From Marsupella aquatica (Eukaryota > Plantae > Marchantiophyta): a stretch of 64,000 bases of DNA. Positions 54,088-64,000 of the stretch are shown here, one piece after another. Both the position numbers and the translations under genes were made by a program. Location of the stretch: assembly GCA_973895155.1 (NCBI GenBank), contig OZ316893.1:22603844-22667843 (forward strand), written 5' to 3'. Below the pieces are notes generated by a model, which did not search any database, was not told where the DNA came from, and saw nothing but the letters and a program-made list of their open reading frames with translations. Each line of letters starts with the position of its first letter. Positions within the stretch are counted from its first letter, which is position 1.

Positions 54088-55249
54088 ATGTCTTCATCCT
54101 CTACAACTTCCACCACATCAGATTCCTCTTCCGATGAAGAAAGTCGTCCTCCTCCTCAGCCTGAACCAACCGTATGTCGACCTAGTGGTCCACCACGCCA
54201 ACTTTGTGGTTGTAAAAAATGTGTGGGGATGGTTGTCCAAAAGTCATATGTATGTGCGGAGCACATTGCTCGATATGGCCAACATCGAGGTCTTACACCG
54301 GGAGCTTCTTCATCCCGTATGGTGAGTTGTAAACTTACTGTGATTTCCATTTTATTTTGTAAATCTTGCTAGGTAGCATAAAATAAAATTTGGGAGGTTC
54401 ATCACACTCACTTGGTTCCATTTCTTCCTATAGGTATCCAGTAGGCCTACACCCACTACACCAACACCCTATGTTCCCTCACAAGGAGTTCTAGATGCTA
54501 TAGGCTCGGCACTTTCACAAGCTTTCTGTTTAGTGGCAGCAGGGCAAGGTAGTGTTGGGACAATTCAGGGTGACGGTATTGTTACAAGAGGGAAAAAAAA
54601 GTCAAAAAGACAGCCTAGAGGGGAATTGGATCAATACACTTGTAGGGTTGATGGTAGATGGGGCCCTTGTACCTTCACAGGGAAGTGTGTTCCTATCATA
54701 AAGGATTGGAATCTGGAGTGCCTTGGTTTGCCATGTGATATAACCTATGGTGAGGAGATAGAAGTTTGGGGAAGACGTTGGGTTGTCAAGAGTTCGACCC
54801 TAGGGGAGAGGCATGGGTATGGGATTTTCTCTTGTCATGACATTATTGTGGATGATATGGGTGGAAAAGGGCGCTCTTCGGATGGACCAACGTTGTTCCC
54901 ATATGGTGGACCCATTTACAAGAGGAGACATTGGAACATGATCCTTGTTCAACACCCTGAGTGGAAGACTTATGCATTGGACATGGATACTTTTGATGGT
55001 TGCACCAGAAAGTATTGTGACCAGTGTATAATTGATGGTGATCCCATCCGTAGTGGGAATATTGCCGGTTTCATCAACAGTACTGTGGGGACCCGGCCTA
55101 AGCGTAGGAAAAACTGTGAATGGGTTTTTGTTGATGGTCCCCCTCCAGCCCCTTATGGGCAGAGATATCATCATGACCATTGTCTAGTTGTAGCTAATAG
55201 GACCATTCTGGTTGGAGAGGAGTTGTTTACACATTATGAATGGGATTAG
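54088..55249 (+). CDS. CACTA-encoded SET-domain protein, ~349 aa; exons 54088-54321 and 54434-55249
   Basis: Exon 1 has CGCKKC...CAEHIARYG (resembles the transposase-associated Cys/His motif). The GT-AG intron (atg|gtgagt ... tatag|gta) is phase 0 and keeps frame. SET hallmarks: VKSS..HGYGIF, PYGG, YAL, IDG...GNIAGFINS, VVANRTILVGEELFTHY. Confidence 0.8.
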
Positions 55250-55399
55250 GATTACTTTAGGGACATGTATTATACGTTCATCGTATGTGAATGTATGTTT
55301 TGTAATGACATGTTCTTTTTATATTGTTAATAATATGTTTCGAGCACTACTATATTTGGAGTTAATTTCATTGTGAATGCTTTATTGTATTGTCTATAG

Positions 55400-58300
55400 A
55401 ATGTGCGGCCTAGTCAAGATATGTTGCCAAGGAGGTTGAGAGTTACATATCAAGAAATGGGCTTGCCACAAGACGGGGAAACATCATCAGCAGATTCCTC
55501 ATCAAGTGACAATGATAATGACAGTCTAGATGAAGGGGCACCTCAGACAGATTATGAGGTCATGCAAGACCAAGAGTCAGCCATGGATGACTTCATGACA
55601 GATTGGTTTGTTGTAGACATTGGTGGTGAAGGAGGTGTCCCACCCAATGAAGGAGATCCTCCACCAAATGTTGCACATGATCCAAGGCCTCAATGTACAC
55701 CTGAAGGACAAAAACGATGGGAAGAAGCTGAGGCACATGCTAGAACACCTATTTATGGGGGTGCTCGTTTGAATAGACTATCTGCCATCTTGGCATTGAT
55801 GAATCTTCACGCAAAACACAAGGCAAGCAATGCGCTACTATCGGATTTGTTTGCAATTTGCCATGATCTATTGTTACCCAGTGAAAATGTGTTGCCAGGA
55901 ACTTGAAAGGAGGCAAAGAGGGTTCTATCATCCATTGGCATGGAATACCATATCATTCATGCTTGTGTGAATGACTGCATTCTCTATCATGAGACCAATG
56001 CCAGCGTAACTGAGTGTCCAATTTGTCAAGAGCCTCGATATGAAACCAACATGTTGACCTCAAAGGTGCCTAGAAAAGCTGTTCATTGGTTTCCTATTAT
56101 TCCTCGATTGTTGCACATGTACCGATGTTCTGACTTGGCAGAATTGATGGTATGGCATAAGACACATTGATCAGAGGCCGGTGTCATGCGGTTGCCAGTT
56201 GATTCCCCTGCTCACAAGCATGTGGAGTCACAATGGCCAGAGTTTGCACGTGACCCTCGTCATGTGAGGTTAGGGTTGGCATCAGATGGGGTGAGCCCAC
56301 ACTCCCTTGGAGGGAAAGGGCGCCCTACTTCGGTTTGGCCGGTGGTTGTTATGAATTACAACCTTCCCCCATGGTTGTCCATGAAAAAGGGATTCTTATT
56401 GCTATCATTGATTATCCCAGGTCCATCTAAGGTAAAAAACATGGACACCTACTTGGCGCTCTTGGTTGGGGAACTCCATAAATTATGGGGGGGTGTATGG
56501 GCATATGATGATCGGACAACTACAGGAGGGTTACCACGTGTCTTCCAATTGAAGGGAATCATTATGTGGACCATGCATGACTATCCAGGTGAGTGGTATG
56601 GATTTGTATTTTTTTCATGTATTGGAGATCAAGTTTGTTTGGAAGGAAGTCCCTCTTTAATTCTATATACATGAACTTTTCAATTCCTTTGACTCTAATT
56701 GAGAATGTTATTTTGTGAGCAGGGTTTGGGTTTGTTTCTGGGTTCCAAACTCAAGGGTACAAGGCATGCTCCACTTGTGGTCCAAGCTTTCACGATATGG
56801 CCAAGTACTCAAAATGGCTGCACAAGATAATCTACCTTGGTCATACCAAGTTTCTTCCACTTGGGCATCACATGAGGTCTGACCCCCTTTTGTTTTCAGA
56901 CTTTGACATGATCAATGGTGATGAGCGTGAGATACCTGACCGCACAACATTTTCGTATTGAAAATCCATAGCTGATAGGGTGGCAGACCCTGAAGATGCC
57001 ATGGGATTTGATGGTAGTGGATTGACAAGGTGGAGTATACTGGCCACTTTGCCCTATTGGCCTGAGTTGAAGATTCATCACTTGTTAGACCCCATGCATA
57101 TAGAGGGAAATGTTGGGAAGGCTTTGATCAAGCACTTTTATGGGGAAAAGAACATAATTTTAGGGAGGCATGCCAGGATCTAGAACGACATCCAGATGTA
57201 TGGATAACAGTTGATGAATCCATAGGGATGGAACATTGTCCTTCAGCTCCATGGGTTTTGAGTGTTGGTGAAAGAAGAGAGTTTTGACAACGCATAGGGC
57301 AGATGCGGCTTCCTACAGGCTATGGTGCCAATCTACGTAAGGCTTTTGGGATGAAGGACAGTCATAAATGGCCAATGTATCTCAAGACACTTGACTATCA
57401 TCGTTTACTACAACATATACTTCCTGTGGCAATCATAGGTTTGGGGAGTGAAGAAGTGCAAGACGCCCTTTGGTCACTGGGCACTTTGTTGAGATGGATA
57501 TGAGCACTCAAAGGAAATATATGAAGAAGAGATACCACGGATGGAGGTATTGGCAGCAGAGGTGGTATGCAAGTTGGAGAAGGCCCTCCCTCCTTCCTTC
57601 TTTGATTGTCAGGTGCATCTTCTCGTTCATCTTGTGAGGGAGGTTGCCATTGCCGGTCCGGTGCATTGTAGGTGGATGTATTGGCTGGAAAGGTATATGG
57701 CCGTGTTAAAGGCTTATGTACGGAACCATGCACGAGTGGAGGGGAGCATGGCAATTGGATACTTGGCAGCTGAGAGTATGTTTTATTGTAGTAACATCTT
57801 AGCTACCATTGATCCTAGTTGTCCACGCACTTGGATGGAAGAGAGGAAAGTGGAGGAGGACCGTTTAACAAGTGCAAAAAAACACGCTTACTAACCGCAG
57901 TGGAGTTGACACAGGTTAGTACTTTCATGTTGAGTAACAGCAATGTGATGGAAGATTGGAGAGAGTTTTATGAGGATGCAAAGAGGGAGAGTCATCGCGG
58001 TCAAAAGCAAGCTTGAGGGGTACTAAAAAGTCTCCCATTTTCTCCACAAAAAGGATATACTCCTTGTCCTTATTCCAAGAATATTCCATAATGACCAAAA
58101 TGTGACATGGAATGGTTAGGATTGCTTGGAAAAACTTTAAAGGTTAGATCTTGCATGCCAAGTCTTTGGAAGTGTGCACAACATTGTTGGAAGTGCCCCC
58201 AACCTTGTGGAAGTGTGTCCAACCTTTTGGGGAGGGTATTCAACCACATTTTAATGACATTTTTAGTCCTTTCCTTCAGTCCTTCAAAAGTGATTGTCCT

Positions 58301-59018
58301 TAGTCCTGATTGCCTCCTTTGGTACCCCTCGATCTTGCTTTCCACCTCGCCCAAGGATCTTTCCAAAGTTCCTTGAGTATATGAAGGAGAAAGTACTTCA
58401 GTTGGATGCTATGGTGGCCCAAGGTGAGAATGTATCACATTTTCCAGATATGACTCCTGAGGTTCGAACAATTGTTCATGGTCCTTTAAGACTTGTTCAG
58501 ACCAGAACAGCAATGTGGACACAAGGGAGGCATTTCAGGATTTCTGACCTTGATGAGAAGAGGGGAAGAACTTTTGATTGTGGAGTTCAAGGGCAGTTCA
58601 TGCAAGATTCACAAAGTAGCCGTCATGACACTAATGTGATCAAAGATGTGGTGCCTCACTATGGGAAGATTGAGGAGATCTTGATCATATCCTATGATGC
58701 CGATTCCAAATTTGAAGAGTATGTCTTCAAGTGTAAGTGGTTCAAAATTCACCTGGTTGGTGATAATCGCACGGTACTTCTTGATGAGTGTGGGTTTACT
58801 CGACTGAAGACATCAAAACTAGCTTTCAACCATCTCATTGGCAAACATCTGAACCATTTACATTCCCAAGTCACCTTGAGCAGTGTTTCTATATTCCGTA
58901 CCCACCAGACCCAGAGTGGTCAGTTGTTATACCGTATGTGCCACGGTCCCATTCCATTATTCGGAAAAACCTGACGTTATTATTGTGTCAAATGGAGGAG
59001 GATGAGGACCAGGTTTGA
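55400..59018 (+). pseudogene. CACTA transposase (Tnp2/Transposase_21-type with downstream conserved domains), inactivated
   Basis: IHACVNDCILY..CPICQEPRY, FPIIPRL, LGLASDG, YNLPPWL, HDYPG, LDPMHIEGNV, PPSFFDCQVHLLVHL, WMYWLERYM, YGKIEEI, FKCKWF. Stops at 55904 and 56168 plus frameshifts. Intron 56589-56722. Confidence 0.92.
57999..58346. mobile_element. 348-bp MITE inserted in the transposase
   Basis: TIRs ggtcaaaagcaagcttgaggggtac / gtacccctcgatcttgctttccacc with a 4-bp TSD tcgc. Removing it restores ..RESHRPRIFPKF.. Confidence 0.85.
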
Positions 59019-62000
59019 TGCACTAGTAGTAAAACTTGTTGTGGGCCCAGAATTTGACCCTAAACTAACTATCATGGTTTTATTTATATTAACATATTAA
59101 TTTTCTTCTTTTGTTTTACAAACACTTAATTGGACTTTGAAATTTCATCTCACTGTTATATATGCAACCCTAGCCGTTTCCAAAGCTATCCTCATGCATG
59201 CCACCTTTTTGAAAACCCTACCTGTAACCTAAACACATGCATTCTCCATCTTGTAAAGAAACTCTCTCAAACATTTCCATTCTACAAACTTTTCAAACAA
59301 CTCTCTTTGCAAAACATTTTCAAGCTTGTCAAGAAGCAACTTCTGAACACTTTGTGAATAACACACCATTGGTAATTGTGATGCCAATGGGTTCTCAACT
59401 TTGCGAATCAACTGGCTTCGGTAACTTGCGACTATTTATACTTCACAATATTTTGCGAAGCTAATAGGTTCACAAGATATATTTGAGTACATTATTATCG
59501 CTAAATTATGAAACAAAAGAGATCCAAATGCAGTCGCGATGGTCGCGGATCCACAAATACTTTGCGAGACGAATAGTATCTGAAAGAGTTGCGAATTCAA
59601 TCCGATCTCAAACAAATTGCGAGGTATTTAGCTTTGCAATGTCACTATGTTGCGAACCTTTGAGCATGGTTTATTGTGATGCGTGTTTGATCACAAAATA
59701 TCTGAAGTCGATGACATCGCAAGACCATCCCGGCGTAAAAAAAAAGCTTCGCAAAAGGGGCCAATATGTAGTAGTGAAACAATAAATTAGAATAGTATAA
59801 AATGGCCAATATTGTTTCTGACATGCTAGGCATTCTCCAAACGTCCACCCGCCTTCAAAATCCTCCATTTTTCTTTTCTTCTGCCCTCTCCCCTCCCCTG
59901 CTCTCCTTTATTTCCCACCCTGACCCAAGTTTTAGATGATGCCCTCCCTCCTCACCCGATTCCTTGGGGCCCCCCATGCTCCCTAGCTACCTGTTGCCAT
60001 GCACAAAGGTCACTGCCCGCCGTGCACTCTATATGCCCTTTTAAAATCATTTTGACTATCAGGAAATATGATACTCTTTATGCCCTCTTTAAAAAATTTG
60101 ACTATCAGGAAATAACATGGACTCTATGCCCTTTTATAATAATTTTGGCGATCAGGAACTTAAAGGATGGACCTGCAAGTTGTCCATGAAGCCATGATGG
60201 AGAAACCAAACCTGCATGGACTTCATTAAAACATGAGGATATGCTTGGATACTGGTTTTTACATTTTTGTCCCAAATGAAAAACCAAACCTGCATGGACT
60301 TGATTAAGATATTCTTGGATACTGCATTTTACAGTTCTATCCCAAAAATACATTCATTTGTCAGTAACCAAATCATCACTTCAATTTGTCCAGAGATTTT
60401 CTTTGTCACTAACTCTGTTACCATTTCTATCTTAAAAGTACTTTGTCAGTGTCCATAGCGCTTTAATTTGAGAGCATGGCTTCATTCTTCCAATACTCTT
60501 TCCCTCCACATAGTTACTCTAACCATTTTTTTAGAGTTTAGTAAAAAAATTAAAAATTTAAAGTACATTTAGGTCCTTAATTATATAAATACCTGATCTG
60601 GCCTTCATGGTAGATGGAACATTGAGTAGATTCAATGCTTCACATTTTACTCATACGGCTCAAGTAATTTGCCCAATGGTGAAAACCAAATGAACTAAGT
60701 CTTAATTTCCTCAACAAAAAACAATCATGCTTATAAGCCCCACAAAAGGAAGGAACCAAGCAACAAGATGACTCATGAACCAAGGAAACAATTCTCACCA
60801 AGGAGGCTGGGGGGCAAATTAATCTCTGAAATTACAATTTTTTTATACACAATCATTCTTGAGATCAAATCATTGATACTTACGAGGATACTTAGTTTCC
60901 AAAATGACTATATGACTTTCACAAATGTTGTTACAAAATCTTGATTTTATAGAGCATTGCTCTTGTTACCAGAATTGTAGTAATTTTTCATTGCAAAGCT
61001 AAAGGAAATTTTAAGTTGCATAAGTATTGTTGTAGAATCCTAGTTTTTCAGAGACTATTGGTCTTGTTATAAAGAGTTTTGATTAATTTATTGTTGCAGA
61101 GCTACTTGAGATTTAATTTTTTGGGAGTCTTGTTGATGAATCCTATTTTTCAAAGAGCGCTTAGAGTAATTTTTCCGTTGTGAAGCTACCAAGAATCATG
61201 TTTTTCATACAGCGCTGCCCTTGTTACAAGAACCGAGCACTTTGAGTACTTTGTCGCTGCCCAAGAGATTTTAAATGTGCACCTTCAATCCACCTTCAAT
61301 CCATTCTCATGTACATTCTCAATTTGATTTTAGATCACATAATGTTCTTGTCCTGACAGAAATTTAGGTAAACAATTAATGAGAGGAATTCTCCATGAAT
61401 TCTGATCCATTTGCAGGTGGGTTGTCTCAAGATTATGTGTGAAATGATCTGTCCTCTTTCACAGTCCATGGGGATAGCTAAAGACAACATAATGGTCCAT
61501 CCGAGCTTGGGTTTTGATAAATCACACTGCCCAAATCCAATCCCACCTCGTTGAATTCATAAATAAACCTTGCCCAATGTTTTGGGGGATCATCAACCAC
61601 TAACCCCTATTACCCATTCTTTGAATGTGAATAGAAGAGAGTACAATAAAGTTGACAAAATATATTCTCTATTCCAATTCTTTGAATATTAATGAAATAG
61701 GAGAACACAACCATGCATGTCATCATCTTATTCTTTGAATATGAATGAAATGATACAAAAGTATCATTCATGTCGTCATTTTAACATGACCAATGAATAT
61801 ACCATCCTCCTATATATATTGGTGGGGCCCTAGAGTCTCAGTCTAGAGGCTTTACTCTAGAAACCTAGCCCCCAACTCTAGCTTCTCTTTGCGGCTTATA
61901 AGTGAAATTATAATTATCTGCAATCCCATCTAAACCCCTCCACTGTCTATTTACAAATGGAGTTAGGGGCAGGAAGCAATCCAGGCCTAATTTTCACCAC

Positions 62001-62201
62001 TGACCATTGGATTTGCCCCTACTATAAGAAATTCAAAAGCTTGAGAGCATTGCAAATAAAAATTTTGAAGGTCCTATGCAAGTGAAACTCAAAACTTGAT
62101 GACGGACCATGCTTTTATAGTTTGGGGTAGGTTGTGTTTGCCATGTGGCCTCAGGGGTTTCACTTCCACAAAAATGGGACATCACGTGCGACGAAGTATA
62201 T

Positions 62202-64000
62202 TGTCAAGCGGTTGACATTGGGTCTTGACACCAAAGCTATCACTATTGGGTGCCAAAACTATCTCCTTGTACCTGAGGATCACGGAGGGATGTTGTGAAG
62301 GCTGGTATACACCGGTTTATCCCCTTAACGCCAGACTATCATAGCAAGACTCTGTCACACATCACCCAAGCTCGATCCCAAAGGACCAAGGTTGGGAATC
62401 AGCTCTTGCACTCATGATAGTTCTGGTGAGAAGGGGTCTTCATGTCGGGCCCATACACATAAGGCCTAGCGCTACGGTGCGCATATGTCTATACGTATGC
62501 TTACTGCCATAGGTATGTTTCTATTCTGCCGCCGGAATGTACCCATAAACCAGTGACTCTGACTGATTCCCGGCTTAGGGACTTCTAAGCCATTGCCCCA
62601 CCACTCTGCCATTCCACTCTCAGCAATCAGAGTTATGACAGCCCTCACCCAACCCACTTCAATGCACCCGGTACACCTCTCAGTGGCGCTGCTAGTCCCA
62701 TCATACACTCAGATTGCCTCACACACACACACACATCCATGAGAGAAATGAGGCCTGAGAGGAAAACTCAATTAGATTCAATGATGTGCACAATAGTTCA
62801 CTGAGAACACTTGATTTGAACAATAGTCCCAAAGGCTGTCTACTCCAGATTGCGACGTGCTCGCCCCGCAAGCCCCGTGCTTGCCATGCAAGCTCAATCC
62901 TGAACCTGAGCCCGGCTCACTCCAGATTGCGACGGCAGATTGGAATCGAACCAATCCCGTACTTGCCTTGCAAACTCAATCCTGAACTCAACCTCCTTCA
63001 CTGCACTTCATTCTTGGGGGCACATACAGATCTCACACCTCCATTTCAGAATGTCAAGTTACGCATGCACAGTTGACTCGACTTCAAAGCTGGTACCAGG
63101 CCTAACGGCGATCTACCCCAGACTGCAATGAGGCCCGGCCTCATGCTTGCCCTGCAAGCTCAGCTCTGGCCATAAATCCCTTAACTAGTGCTCTCTACCA
63201 GACAAAGGCCGGGACTCCCCATGGATCACGTAGCTTTGCCAAACTGAACTGTAAATGCTCCTCCTGCTGCACCTTGATCAGTGTCTCAGCCTCCCTACTA
63301 TGCTCATCGTAAATGCAATCAAAATCCTCCCCACAGTTTACAATCACCAATACATCACCTATCACCAAGGCTCTGTATCGGGGGAAAAGAACCCAGTTGT
63401 GCTGCCCACTAGAAAGAGCCACAATCCAGCTCGCAAACCTGGCAAACCGTTGCTGTGAAGCTTGGCTTGCACAGAGCTCCTTCCTGATGCTCAGTCTACA
63501 TGAGATCACACAACTGAAGTCCCCCGGCCCCCCCGTTGCCTCTACCGGGGGTCTGCCCTATATACTCTCATATTGAGCCCAAATGGGTGGATACTACGCT
63601 GCTGGAGCCCCGTCCCAGCCCTAACAGAGCCGCCACTATCTCTAACTACTGAACCCTAACTCGCAACTTTATTTCTATTTCGAATTGGCTATGTACTTCG
63701 GATTTGGCCCTCCTCCATGGTTTTTGCGAGCTTGCGCCTCCTCTCCCGATTTCTCTATTCAACCATTTGCTGCGTGGATAGCAGCGTTGGAAGCGTCTTG
63801 AGCTCCTCTTTCCAACGAGGTCAATTATAGCCGATTTGGTCAAATACACAAAGAGTTATGCCCCCGCAACCGAGAGAGGGTACTCACTGCTGCGCTAACC
63901 CGAGTTACATAGCTAACCCGAGTTCGGCTAACCAAGATATCCTATCTAGCCCGAGTAGAGCTAAACGGTGGCCTTTGGATAATCTGCTACCCGCTAGTCT
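62202..64000 (+). mobile_element. LTR of the same family as 48413-51021, running off the right edge of the window
   Basis: Begins TGTCA and is a colinear reverse-complement match to 51021->~49170. TATA-like cctatatact at ~63557. Confidence 0.8.

Larger units (their letters stand above)
46679..59776 (+). mobile_element. Complete CACTA (En/Spm) DNA transposon, 13.1 kb
   Basis: Starts aaa|CACTACAACA and ends TGTAGTAGTG|aaa (3-bp AAA TSD). Dense tcgca/tgcga subterminal repeats at both ends and an internal Tnp2-type transposase. Confidence 0.93.

Noticed and set aside
48413-64000. One intact LTR retrotransposon bounded by the two LTRs
   Set aside because: The copies are inverted, one lies inside and one outside the CACTA, and there is no gag/pol between them.

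Overview
Eukaryotic, TE-rich land-plant DNA. A non-seed lineage such as a bryophyte is likely, but that is only an inference from the TE and gene content. Host genes: an intact 4-exon NLR-like STAND gene (helical N-terminus, NB-ARC, ARM, TPR; 16325-20858), an isolated pseudo-exon copy of it (~23215-24970), a paralogue whose N-terminal domain has been deleted (~41817-45760), and a 4-exon class III peroxidase (33791-36255). Mobile DNA: three CRE-like (RT plus restriction-like endonuclease) non-LTR retrotransposon copies, a LINE 3' fragment, three Helitron-type 3' ends, MITEs, two copies of a long TG..CA LTR, and a complete 13.1-kb CACTA element (46679-59776, AAA TSD). The most striking feature is inside the CACTA. 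It carries an intact SET-domain ORF whose Cys/His first exon can splice in frame either to the SET exon or to the now-broken transposase exon. Next to it is a 5 x 143-bp satellite built from telomere-like TTTAGGG motifs, in the spacer between two divergent genes. This is a candidate transposon-encoded chromatin-modifying system. All domain calls come from reading motifs by eye; no searches were run.
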